From positions 20,584,001 through 20,648,000 of the forward strand of contig NC_043007.1 in NCBI RefSeq assembly GCF_006345805.1: 64,000 nt of DNA, read 5' to 3'. Source of the stretch: Octopus sinensis (lineage: Eukaryota). Numbering within the stretch: the stretch's first letter is position 1; each line of letters opens with the position of its first letter. Below, piece after piece: positions 51,195 to 64,000 of the stretch. Position numbers and translations under genes: made by a program. Below the pieces are notes generated by a model. The model had not been told where the DNA came from and did no database searches. It saw only the letters and a list, made by a program, of their open reading frames with translations.

Positions 51195-51970
51195 TATGAA
51201 ATATAAAAATGAAAGTTTGAAGAAAATGTTTATCTTTATGTTTTTTGTTTAAAGATAACCTTTTGGGTGACAGATGCAAAAATGGCTGATTCAAGCATTC
51301 ACAATTTTGATTTCATTTTTGTTTCTCATGGAAATATTCTAAAAGTCTTAAAATTCATGCTCTAATAAATTTCCGGATCTTTCCGGTTTGAACGGCAGTT
51401 TTTAAAAATAATTTCCACGTAACTAAACACTTTTAAACTTCGTATACTGGTAGAATGTGTTTATAAAACATCTTTTTCTCTTGGCTTTATTGAGAAAATT
51501 CTATAGTTTGTAAGATATTTGTTGTTTTTTTTCTTCAATTTCTGCAATTTCAGCCAATCACTGAATGTCTATTGAGTTGAAAACATTCTGTGCCGTATGA
51601 ATATGTCCCTCGTTTAAGAAACAGATTGGGTTTATTTACATTTCTGAAGAAAAAAAGATACCCTTTCCCCCACTCCTAACCCTAACTAACCGTAACCCTA
51701 AAACAGATTGAAATGTAATAGATCGATACTAGGGTCATAATTATGGGTGACAATTTCATATGACACCGCTAGAAAAAACTGCCGTTCAAACCGAAAAGAT
51801 CCAAATTTCCCATTGAAATTGCTTTGTTTATTTAGAACCAGAAATGAAATCAAAAACATGAGATTGAAGTCACTATTTTTGCTTGTGTTGTTCAGAAGGT
51901 TTCTTTTTAAACAAAAAAGCATAAAGATAAACATTTTCTCCAAAGTTTTTTTTCCATATTTCAAAAGAAC
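51195..51970. mobile_element. Older inverted-repeat element interrupted by the Merlin-like MITE
   Basis: GAAAATGTTTATCTTTATGTTTTTTGTTTAAAG (~51213) and TTTAAACAAAAAAGCATAAAGATAAACATTTTC (~51906) are reverse complements, as are TTTTGATTTCATTT and AAATGAAATCAAAA. Confidence 0.6.
51375..51802 (-). mobile_element. MITE with GG termini and 8-bp TSD (Merlin-like), copy 2
   Basis: Same TIRs as 44011-44421, with the internal sequence in the opposite orientation. TSD AAATTTCC. Confidence 0.9.
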
Positions 51971-52089
51971 CTATTCAAGCAGTGAATATTTCAAAGAAAG
52001 AAAAAAAAAAAAGAAGCAGTCTCAGATTATCCAGCAAATAATTGGAAACAAGTAACCTCAAAGCATTGGAAAGTGGATCCTTTGAGTTT

Positions 52090-52335
52090 CGATTCTATCT
52101 GCGCAAACATCTCAATGCCTTGTATGTCATAAGGTCTGCAAATCTAATGGAGGCCTCAAAAGACATTTCAAGATCCACAAAGATCAAAACCTAACTGCAG
52201 ATATGCGATCTACGTGGGTGTCTTTTCAAAACATTGGTTTAAAAAGCTACATCAGACACCATGATAGATATCTAAAGCATAAGTACAAGAGGTGGTCAGA
52301 CTCTGCTTAAGGAGTAGACAACCACCATATGTATA
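52090..52335 (+). mobile_element. LINE 3' end (RTE-like) with C2H2 zinc finger
   Basis: CLVCHKVCKSNGGLKRHFKIH (52116-52178, C-x2-C-x12-H-x3-H), then a broken second finger (..GLKSYIRHH), a short 3' UTR and a TA tail. Confidence 0.6.
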
Positions 52336-52557
52336 TATATTTGTAAAAAATGGATAGAAATGGCTTTTCTCATAATTTTTCCACTGTAATAATTAGATGT
52401 TGACAACACATCTAATATCTTGTAAACATCCAATTACTGAAGAGTAAAAATTATGAGAAATGCCATTTCTATTCATTTTCAAAAATATATAACACTGAAC
52501 CAAGGCCTTTCTATTTCTTATTCTACTATATATATATCTATATATATATTATATATA

Positions 52558-52592
<35 letters not shown>

Positions 52593-52659
52593 TATACATG
52601 CATATATAATTACATACATATATTTATATATATATATATACATATGTATACATTATATA

Positions 52660-52690
<31 letters not shown>

Positions 52691-52762
52691 GCTATATATA
52701 TACATATACAAATATATATAATTACACAGACACACACACACATATATATACATATATACATG

Positions 52763-52814
<52 letters not shown>

Positions 52815-53175
52815 CACATATACATATATATATATATTACATTATATCTATATATATATGTATGTATGTATGTATGTAATTATATATATTTGTATATGTA
52901 TATATTTATATGCATGGAACAGTCAATAACATAATTGGATTTTTTGAAATCAACAGAGACGGAGAATTACACAGTTATGTTGTATTTTTAATAACAATTT
53001 ACTTATCAAAAGTCAATTATTATTACAATGAGAGATTCCTTAAAAGACTTATAAATCTATCAGATATTTCCAAGAGCAATGAAATTCTGAGAAAAGAGCG
53101 AAAGAGAATGAAGATAATTGAAATTGCTTGTTATTTTGATGATTACTATATGAAGAAAAAAATTTGTTATTCCAG

Positions 53176-53240
53176 AATTCAGAAATGATGCAAGTCCTTT
53201 AGCCAGGATTATGGGGCCTACAGTCATAACTCTAGCATCG
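53176..53240 (+). CDS. Best candidate host coding exon (65 nt, phase 1 to phase 0)
   Basis: Acceptor TTTGTTATTCCAG, donor TCG|GTAAGT, and only one open frame, xFRNDASPLARIMGPTVITLAS. It lies in non-repetitive sequence. Protein not identified. Confidence 0.45.
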
Positions 53241-53444
53241 GTAAGTCTTCATTGGATAAGTGCTGTCTGCTACTGTATGGCTGCATTAGTCACAAACTGC
53301 ATGCTCTCAAATTAAGTTGACCAAATTAGTCTTCTACATACAGGTGCACATCAATCCATTTATATATATATATATGTCTAGATATCAATTTTGTCAATTA
53401 GTCTTGCCTTTCATTATAAGTCTGATCTATTACCTCTCTCAATA

Positions 53445-53477
<33 letters not shown>

Positions 53478-53483
53478 CTCATC

Positions 53484-53536
<53 letters not shown>

Positions 53537-53947
53537 ATATATATTATATATTATATATATATATGTTAAATATTATATATACATATATATATTAATATAT
53601 AATATATATATATACATATATATACATATATATATAAATATAGATATATACATACAAGCATATATATATATATATGTATATATATATACACATACATACA
53701 TACATCATATATCATATATATATATATAAAATATATAAATATTTTATATTAAACTACATACATACTACATACATTTACACACACACATCTATATGTATAT
53801 ATATACACACATATATACGTATGTATATGTATGTGTGTGCATATATATATGTATATATATATATGCATATATATGTATTTAAATATATACACACATATGC
53901 ATATACATGCGCAATATGAATATAAATCACACACAAACACATGAACA

Positions 53948-53996
<49 letters not shown>

Positions 53997-54004
53997 ATAT
54001 ATAT

Positions 54005-54130
54005 ATATGTGTGTGTGCGTGTATATATATGTATGTGCTTGTGTAAATGAATGTATACAAAAACATATCTGTGTATGTATGTATCTATCTATCTACACGC
54101 ACACACACACTCAAACACACACACACACAC

Positions 54131-54173
<43 letters not shown>

Positions 54174-54638
54174 TGTATGCATGTATGTCTGTACATATAT
54201 CTGTGTGTATATATTTAATTATGGACACATACACACAAACACACAGAGACACTGTATGTGTGTAGGTGGCAGAAATCTAGTGAAGCTGAAAGTCCACAAT
54301 TAGGATCAGTCACTCTATGACTTCAAAATCTCCACCATAATGGAAATGTCACCTCTTACAGGGCATGTTAGAGACAGGAAAGGTATCCAACCTAAAAACC
54401 CTGCCTCCACTCATGGCAACGTGGAAAAATGTGTATTAAATGAAAAGATGGATGAATATAGACATTGTGTATACATTAGATATGATACATAGATGGCTAT
54501 GTTATATATATACACACACACACACACACATATATAGGGAGAAAGAAATAAGTGTGAATCAATGTTTATTTATATTCATATGTGTGTATGTGTTCGCATG
54601 TGTGTGTATATATATACAGTCATTCATACATACATACA

Positions 54639-54674
<36 letters not shown>

Positions 54675-55386
54675 TAAAGATATGCACACACATGCATACA
54701 CACACATATATATAGACATATACACATGTATTTATATATATATGTATATGTATTTACATATGAATGCACGCATATATATATATGAGTATACATATGTAGA
54801 TGAATTATGAATATATATTATAGAGGTCCTTGACACACCACACGCACACACATATATATATGTATGTATATATATATATGTATATATATATATATGTGTT
54901 TGTGCGTGTATAATATAGTTGTTGCTGCTTGTGTAAAGAATGTATCCAAAAACATATCTGTGTATGTATGTATCTATCTATCTACACGCCCACACAACTC
55001 CAACACACACACACACACACTATTATATATATATATATATATATCTATATATATATATTTTTGTATGCATGTATTTCTGTACATATATCTGTGTGTATAT
55101 ATTTAATTATGGACACTACACACAAACACCCCAGAGACACTGTATGTGTGTAGGTGGCAGAAATCTAGTGAAGCTGAAAGTCCACATTAGGATCAGTCAC
55201 TCTATGACTTCAAAATCTCCACCATAATGGAAATGTCACCTCTTACAGGGCATGTTAGAGACAGGAAAGGTATCCACCTAAAAACCCTGGCCTCCACTCA
55301 TGAACGTGGAAAACGTGTATTAAATGAAAAGATGGATGAATATAGACAGTTGTGTATACATTAGATATGATACATAGATGGCTTGT

Positions 55387-55418
<32 letters not shown>

Positions 55419-55740
55419 TATATAGGGAGAAAGAAATAAGTTGTGAATCAATTTTTGTTTATATTATTGTGTGTATGTGTTCGCATGTTGTGTATAATAT
55501 ACAGTCATCCTACATACATATACATCCATACATACATCCACCTACATACATAGATATATAAAGATATGCACACACATGCATACACCACAATATATATAGA
55601 CATATACACATTTATTTATATATATATGTATTGTTTATACATATGAATGCACGCATATATATATATGAGTATACATATGTAATATAATTATGAATATATA
55701 TATATAGGTCCTTGACACACAACCGCACACACATATATAT
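54005..55740 (+). repeat. ~0.87-kb direct tandem duplication
   Basis: The unique core GTGTAGGTGGCAGAAATCTAGTGAAG...GGAAAGGTATCC occurs at about 54260 and 55148. The second copy differs mostly by single-base indels. Confidence 0.85.
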
Positions 55741-56632
55741 ATGTATGTATAATATATATGTTATAATCATATATATCTATTATATATATATATATATATA
55801 TAATATATATAATATATATATTATATATCTATATATATATATACACACATCTGTATATATTATAGTAGTATTAACCCTTATGAGCATGGTCAGTAGACCT
55901 GTTTCTCTTCTTTATCTCAGATTAGTGCTTATCATGTTTTGTCTTCTGCCATAGTCCCATAGTAATGGGTTGACTAACAACTTGTGAGTGGAATTTGGTA
56001 GAAAGAAACTGTGCTGTAGCTCGTTGTATGTATAACTAATAACCCATACTGTATTTAATTGTTTGATTCTACAAAAAAAAAGTATTACTTTGCAGTTAAC
56101 TCATTTCTTATACAAACATATAGAAATATGTATGTATCGAAAAAAGGCAATGTGAAGCATGACTTATAACCAGAAATTGGGCTCAGTAATGGGTTCTACA
56201 CTCATCTCCAGTATCCAGTGTATTATCATGCAAGGCATCAACCTCAGGGTAGACTTGTGTGCAAAATATGAGACAAATAATAGAAATGATAATAATAATA
56301 TACATAAAACAGGTGTGGGATTCAATACTTCATAGAACGTACACATGTTTCAACAAGGTGCCATAATAATTACATAACAGTTGTAGAAACATTATACTAT
56401 CTCACAGCTCATCTCATCAGTCTTTTACAATAAATACATTGACAGATGCTGAAAGCTCCAAATGAATACATTTTCCCCATTATGCAAATTATCAAAGATT
56501 TCACAGACCGCACTTTTTTTTCAATTAAACTATCTCTAATGTAAAAAGAAATGGAATGGTGAAACTATTTTTTCGTTTTCTGAAAATAAAAAAATGCTTT
56601 GGACTTGTGCACTTTTGCATAATCGTAACAAT

Positions 56633-56676
<44 letters not shown>

Positions 56677-56677
<1 letters not shown>

Positions 56678-57022
56678 TGTTGTGTCTGGAGAGAGTTGTT
56701 TTCTTTTTGTGCCTCACTGGTAAAATTTCCACTTATTTCTTATTTTCATTTTCCTAAAATTTTTGTTGCGCCTTGCAACCTTTTCAATAGTCTTGACTTG
56801 GTGGTAGTGATATAGCTTAGTCAAGAGTCAAGACTATTGAAAAGGTTGCAAGACGCAACGAAAATTTTAGGAAAATAAAAATAAGAAATAAGTGGAAATT
56901 TTACAGTGAGTGTGTTACATTATAAGGCACAAAAAAGAAAATGACTCTCCCCAGACACAACAGAATATGCTTCAACACACGAACTCATATAAAGAATCTT
57001 GCAAACCAAATCCAAAAATTAA
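56677..57022. mobile_element. PLE-like fragment with inverted arms, (TA)n-flanked
   Basis: Arms at 56677-56798 and 56826-56963. Same family as 16917-17150. Confidence 0.65.
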
Positions 57023-57052
57023 ATATATATATATATATATACACACATAGAC

Positions 57053-57083
<31 letters not shown>

Positions 57084-57088
57084 ATATA

Positions 57089-57167
<79 letters not shown>

Positions 57168-58754
57168 TATATACACACACACTCACACATACACTCACAC
57201 ACCTACACATGCACACACTCATGTAAGTTAGGTTATATGAGCTTTCTTTGGCTCATTAAACAATATGATCGACTGTGCCCCCCACCTGTCCCCTCACATA
57301 TTCATTTACAAGATGAAATTTTTCTTAAGATGTTTTACAGCTTTTAGCTAGAGAAGAAAATTCACAAACCTCCCTAAATATGTATGAAACTGTTGAAATA
57401 CTTTAATTTTGAAGAAAACCATTTTGGAATCTTTCTGGACTATTTCTCTTATATATAAACATCGTGTTGCTCTTTGATGACATATTCTTCCCGTGGTTGT
57501 ATTCTAATGGTGTGTGTTGTTGTGATGGAGTGTGGTTATGTACTATTTATATTTATTAAGCATGTTTATATACGCATAACATATTGTGCATCGTGTGCTC
57601 TCTCTCTCCTTTTTTATGTCAAAGCATCATCACTTTTTGTATTGTAACACACTGTCTTTAAAATATCTACTCCTAAATCCTGGCAGAAACATTAGCACAC
57701 CGGGCGAAATGCTTTGCCGTATTTCGTCTGCCGCTACGTTCTGAGTTCAAATTCGGCCGACGTCGACTTTGCCTTTCATCCCTTCGGGGTCGATAAATTA
57801 AGGACCAGTTACGCACTGGGGTCGATATAATCGACTTAATCCATTTGTCTGTCCTTGTTTGTCCCCTCTGTGTGTAGCCCCTTGTGGGCAGTAAAGAAAT
57901 AGGTATGGGTTACCTTTGTCGAGAAGCAGGCCACATGACATGTGGCCAATAATCAGGTTGGTCACAAGGTAATTTTTCGTTGGCGTGCCACTCAGAGAGT
58001 GTTGCAGGCCACAGTTTGCCCATAACTGAGCCAAATCAAAGATTACAAACCCTAGATGCACTGGTTTTGAAGGAAGATTAAGAAAATCCAAAATCATAAT
58101 AGCTCAGTTGCTAATTATACACTTTCATTAATTTGGTATTTGAACGAAAAAACATCTTCCTGACAAGATTAAGAACCTTTATTTGTATCTTTAATGCAGT
58201 GAACTGGCAGAATCGGGCAAAATGCTTAGCAGTATTTCTTCTGACTCTTTACATTCTGGGTTCAAATCCTGCTGAGGTCAACTTCGCCTTTCAGCCTTTC
58301 GGTGTTGATAAAACAAAGTACCAGCTGAATGCTGGGTCTGATGTAATTGTTCCTCCTCCTTTTAAAAAGTTACTGACCTTGAACCCCGCAACAGATCAAC
58401 ATCTCATTTAGGGGTTATGTTGTAATCTCTGTCACTTACATGCCACAGAAACTAGGTAACTGGGTTTATAAGTCCTAGGGCTTGAGATGAAAAAAAACCC
58501 AACCAAAAACAAGAAAAAAACAACAACAAAACTTGCATCTTTATTTGCTGTATGGTGTTTTGTATAAATAACCTATATTATATTTACAGGTGAAATGGTG
58601 AAATGGATAAGTTATTGGACTTTAAGGCTTTATGGATATGAGACATTTTGGTACAGTCATTTTGGTGCTGCCTCTTTTGGCATCACTCATTCATTCCCTG
58701 ACTTATTTTGACATCAGACGTTTTAGTGTTTCTCTTGATTTAATGTCTCTCTCT

Positions 58755-58773
58755 CTCTCTCTCTTTCTCACTA

Positions 58774-58862
<89 letters not shown>

Positions 58863-58915
58863 TTAGCTATCTCTTTGTCTGTCTGTCTGTCTTCTGTCTG
58901 TCTATCTATCTATCA

Positions 58916-58957
<42 letters not shown>

Positions 58958-59079
58958 TAGCTATCTATCTGTCTGTCTGTCTGTCTTCTGTCTTGATATC
59001 TATCTATCTATCTATGTATCTATCTATGTATCTATCTATGTATCTATCTATGTATCTATCTATCATCTGTCTGTCTGTC

Positions 59080-59110
<31 letters not shown>

Positions 59111-59132
59111 CTATCTATCATCTGTCTGTCTG

Positions 59133-59177
<45 letters not shown>

Positions 59178-59215
59178 ATCTGTCTGTCTGTCTATCTATC
59201 TATTTATCTGTGTGT
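58755..59215. repeat. (GTCT)n/(ATCT)n tract
   Basis: Directly visible. Confidence 0.95.
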
Positions 59216-59827
59216 GTGAGCATATTTCTGGGTATAAAGAGATGAAACGCATTCGTATCAGTTGTGTTCAACGAATGGATCATAATCTCTCTCTCTCTCT
59301 CTCCCTCTCACTCTTTCTGTCTGTGTATAATCCTTCATGCACACATGTATGTGCATATATGATTGTGTATATATGTATGTGTGCATGTGCATCTATGTGT
59401 GCATGCAGGCATATTTGTTTGCCTTCAACACCAAAAACTTACTGTTTGAAAAACAGACCGAATGTTCACTCAGCCGTGCCAAATAATCAGAGCCCACACA
59501 GCTTTGCCAAATTGTCTCATTTTAAGGTTTAACGATCTGTGGCCAATATCCTACTGCAGGAATTTTGTTTTTGTCTTTGCAGAAGACATTTCTTGTTTCA
59601 GTTAACCTACTTGGAAAAAAAGTACCAAAATTACTATATTTCTTTGGGGAGAAGATGATATCAACAATTAATCTGTCAAAGGTGGTGGTCAAGGGGGTTG
59701 TCACTTAACCACTTAAAGGTAAAATAAAACCTGTGGCATCTGGTCTGTGAATATTTGTATTTCTGGAAAGGATTACTGGTTTTATTTATTTGATCTACTT
59801 ACAAAATTGGCATTCTTTCATTATCTA

Positions 59828-59944
<117 letters not shown>

Positions 59945-62834
59945 CTATAAGAAAATGAAGGGGATCAATAGGTGGCATTCATCAACTTTTAGACATTATA
60001 TTATGTCAATTTATTTATTTATATACTAAAATGATAATTACAACAATATACATACATGTATAACATATTATGCTTTACATATATAATATATAAGGTTACC
60101 AGTAATTATTAAAATATATAACATACAAGAATATATATATAATATATATATATATAGGTTAGCTGAGTTAGAGGTTAAAATAACCATCTAAGGGATAGAA
60201 GCATCCATTACAGTACCGGTATATTACCTATGTATAACCATGGGCATACCCATGCAAGCATATTATGCTCATGAATTATAGGTAAAAATAAGGATAAACA
60301 TGGGTTTATTAAGAATCAAAATTTAAAGACGACAGAAAATGGAGAAATATCAATGAACATGGCTGCAGTCAAATGACTCTAACAAGTAAAAGAGTAAAAA
60401 AGTATCTGTATACATGCAAACAGATACACACACACACACTCATATACACACACATTATATCTGTACAGAGAGAGAGAGACAGACAGACAAACATGTGATA
60501 GATAGATAAGACAGGTAGATAGATAAAATGATAGGTAAATAGACAGGTGCATTGTTTCTCCAGCAATTATGTTTGAAACGACAATGCTAAGCCTGAATTC
60601 TGATTGCTTAGATTGAACTACTTTCTCGTCAGTCGTAGAGAAAGGAAACTATTTTGTACTCAGTGTGTTCGTAGCGATTGTCTTTGCTGTGAATATTCTG
60701 AGGCTTTTTTCAACAAATACAAACAGACTGAATATCGGGACATATGCAGTGTATTTCACAGCACATGATGAACTATTGCATGATGGAGTGAACAATATGA
60801 TCTCTAACTAAACTGAAACATAGCAAACATGGCATGTGATCTGTATTGATCGCTTCGAAGCACTTTGATTGCTACCACTACATTTTATTGATGCCGAAAG
60901 CAAAGCTGGAAGTTCTATTTAACAACAACAGCAATGTCACAGACAACAACAGCATGATAAACGTTGCCCTTTTCAAGCCTAGCCAGACTCGTGGGCCCGG
61001 TTTCCTGGTTTCTGTGGCATATGTGTTCCCCTCAGCTGAACGGGACGCCGGTCCATCGCAGCGTTACTCCAGAAACAGGAAGAGAGAGTGAGAGAAAGTT
61101 GTGGTGAAAGAGTACAACAGGGGTCGCTACCACCCCCTGCCGGAGCCTCGTGCAGCTTTTAGGTGTTTTCACTCAATAAAAAACGCACACAACGCCCGGT
61201 CTGGAAATCAAAACCGCGATCCTCCAACCGCAAGTCCACTGCTCTAACCACTGGGCCATTGCGCCTCCACATAAGAACAACAACAACTTAAACTAAATAT
61301 ATTTGGACTCAACTTGTGTAATTTCAACACCAATCTACACCTAAATGGCTTTTTATGTTCTATGTTCCCTTTATTTATCTTCTTCATCAAATCTTTGAAT
61401 TTTACCGAAAGCTTAAAAGATGCCTTCTTCTTCATGACACACTGAAAAATTTTACTTATTCCTGAGACAATAACCAGTCTTTTAGTTTCAGTTAATATAA
61501 ATCTTATCAAGGGACAGGATTCTATTTTGAAATTGCTTACAGCAATGGAAATCTGGAGGGAATTTCTAAACTGGTAAGAAATTTATCTTAGTTTCAGAGC
61601 ACAGACTTTTCTCAATCTTTCACTGAATGAATTTTCTACAGTATCCTCCTCCTCCTCCTCATCATCATCATTTAACGTCCGCTTTCCATGCTGGCATGGG
61701 TTGGACGATTTGAGTGAGGTCTGGTGAACCAGACTCCAATCTGATCTGGCAGAGTTTCTACAGCCGGATGCCCTTCCTAATGCCAACCACTCCGAGAGTG
61801 TAGTGGGTGCTTTTACGTTCCACCAGCACGAGGGCCAGTTTGGTGGTACTGGCAACGGCCACGCCCAAATGGTGCTCTTTATGTGCCACCTGCACAGGAG
61901 CCAGTCCAGCGGCACTGGCGATGACCTCGCTCAAATGTTTTACGTGCCACCAGCCCAAGTGCTAGTAAAGCGACGTGGTAATGATCATGCTCGAATGGTG
62001 CTTTTTAACGTGCCATTGCTTGTTGCTCTGGCAACGATCTCACTCGCATGGTACTCTTAGTGCTCCACTAGCAACTGATGCCAGATCATCTTGTCTTATA
62101 GATTAAGGCATGTGGCTTAGCGGTTAGGGTAATTGGTTCAAGATCATAAGGTTATGAGTTCAATACCAATGGTATGTTGTGTCCTTGAGCAAGACACTTT
62201 ATTCTGCATTGCTCCAGTCCACTCAGCTGGTAAAAATGAATTGAACCTATATTTCGAAAGGCCAGCCTTTTCACATCCTGTGTCATTCCGAATCTCCCCG
62301 AAGACGACATTAAGGTTACGCATGTCTGTGGAGTACTCAGCCTCTTGTACGTTAATTTCATGAGCAGGTTGTTCCATTGATCAGATCGACTGGAACTCTT
62401 GCCATCGTAACTGACAGAGTGCCTAAGTTAAAGCTCTGTATTGAAAATACTTTGATAAATATTTGCTGATAAGATGAAGAAATATTGAGAGCTAATACAA
62501 ATTTGGTCAATTGTTTACAACAGATGCAAACAATAGGATCTGAAACTACTTAAACAAGCATTAGAGCAAGTCGGTGCATGCTGCAAAAAAAAAAAAAATC
62601 AATTATGAGTAATTCTATGGATGACAAACTATTTCTTCTGAAAATTCATTTGAATTATGAGTAAGAGCATCATTCACAGTCTGTGGATAGGAAAGGCATG
62701 CAGTATGACAAAAATTGATATGAATATTTTTATAGTTTGAAGATTCAAGTATAGGACACTACAAGAACATACAAGGCGGGGGGTGGGGGTGTCACAAAGC
62801 AGCAGTTTTTTTTTTCAATAAAGCACTGTATGTA

Positions 62835-63255
62835 AGGCAGTCACGGCCCATGTTTCACTGCCATGAAGCATGGCGGTTCACACACATGCATCATACAATC
62901 TACCTTTCACTCTGAGCGAGAGGCCCTTTGTCACCAGTAGGGGTAGAAGCTTTCTAAACTTTGCCCAGGCTATGCTTATTCAAGTGGTAACACTCTCTGA
63001 GCATCCACCTCCACTACTAACTTGGTCACCTAGGTAGCAGAAGCTATCAACTACTTCTAGTTTCTCCCCCTGGAGTGTGATGGAATCTGTTTTCTGGGCA
63101 TCTTTGGTGTTTATTGCCCCTGTGCATCTGCCGCACATGAAAGCTGTCTTCTCAGTTAATTTTCCTTTGATGTTGCTGAACCTTTTATGTGTCCATAGCT
63201 TACACTGGGTACAACTTATGGAGTTCCTATCTACACCTTTTCTACACACATACAC
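62835..63255 (-). mobile_element. RTE-clade LINE, RT-region fragment with cysteine-rich insert
   Basis: CRKGVDRNSISCTQCKLWTHKR...CGRC...GEKLEVVDSFCYLGDQVSSGGGCSESVTT, continuing as RISIAWAKFRKLLPLL..KGRLYDACV*TAMLHGSETWAV. Confidence 0.9.
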
Positions 63256-63619
63256 ACGCATATATATATATAATTGAAAATTCTTTTACTTGTTTCAGTC
63301 ATTTGACTGCAGCCATGATGGTGCACTGCCTTAAAGTTAGAGAAATTGACCCCAGGACTTATTTTTGTAAGCCTAGTTCTTATTCTATCAGGTTTTTGCT
63401 GAACCACTAAGTTACAGGGACCTAAACACACTAGCATCAGTTATCAGGGAATGGCGGGAGACAAACACAGACACATGCACATAAATATATACATACATAC
63501 ATACATACATATATAGATAGAGTTATTCCAAACATGAAAGCACAAAAAAACACAACAACGCGAGGACATGGAACAAATATAGTATTATTGGACGCTCAGG
63601 AAAGAAGGAAAGAAGGAGG

Positions 63620-63654
63620 GTTTAGCATTTCGAGTGGAGCTCTTCGTCGGAAAC
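63620..63654 (-). ncRNA. Degenerate hammerhead motif in a PLE-like fragment (63520-63730)
   Basis: The minus strand reads GTTT CCGACGA A GAG-CTCCA-CTC GAAAT GCT AAAC. Same family as 35951-35985, with substitutions in the core and the cleavage triplet. Confidence 0.5.
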
Positions 63655-63900
63655 ATATGAGAAGGAAAGATCAAAGGAAGGGAAGACAGAGGAAAAAAAA
63701 TCGCCAACGGTACACACGAGGCCACATTTTGATATGTACGATGGGCTGCTTTTAGTTTCCATTTACCAAATCCACTCACAAGGATTTGGTTGGCCCAAAG
63801 CTATAGTAAAAGACACTTGCCCAAGGTGCTGCGCTGTGGGACTGAACCTAGAACCATGTGGTTGGGAAGCAAGCTACTTACTACACAGCCATGCCAGTTC

Positions 63901-63937
<37 letters not shown>

Positions 63938-64000
63938 ATATATATGCATGCATATATATATATATATATACATGCATGCATGTATGTATGTATATATGTA

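Noticed and set aside
52116-52178. Member of the expanded cephalopod C2H2 zinc-finger gene family
   Set aside because: Single finger, no TGEKP linker, a broken second finger and a LINE-like 3' end.

Overview
AT-rich, repeat-dense eukaryotic DNA. The repeat landscape (very long TA/TAA/ATCT/CA tracts, tRNA-headed SINEs, RTE, CR1 and R4/Dong fragments) suggests a coleoid cephalopod, probably Octopus; this is an inference. I recognise no complete host gene and no intact autonomous transposon, and most ORF-track entries are microsatellite translations. Supported content: (1) fragments of RTE, CR1 and R4/Dong LINEs and of a Helitron; (2) four SINE families, many copies with target-site duplications (TSDs); (3) MITEs, including a pair with 8-bp TSDs and GG termini; (4) short, mostly (TA)n-flanked fragments, often with inverted arms, that carry minimal type I hammerhead ribozyme motifs from at least four unrelated sequence families, as expected for Penelope-like element (PLE) pseudo-LTRs or retrozyme-like RNAs. 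The best hammerhead is at 18287-18331. The most interesting signals are the hammerheads, SINE multimers that always rejoin at one hairpin-loop position, and a cluster of distinct R4/Dong elements stacked in (TAA)n. A CpG-rich patch near 4.1-4.3 kb and a few isolated exon-like segments suggest that the window is largely intronic or promoter-adjacent, but this is unproven.
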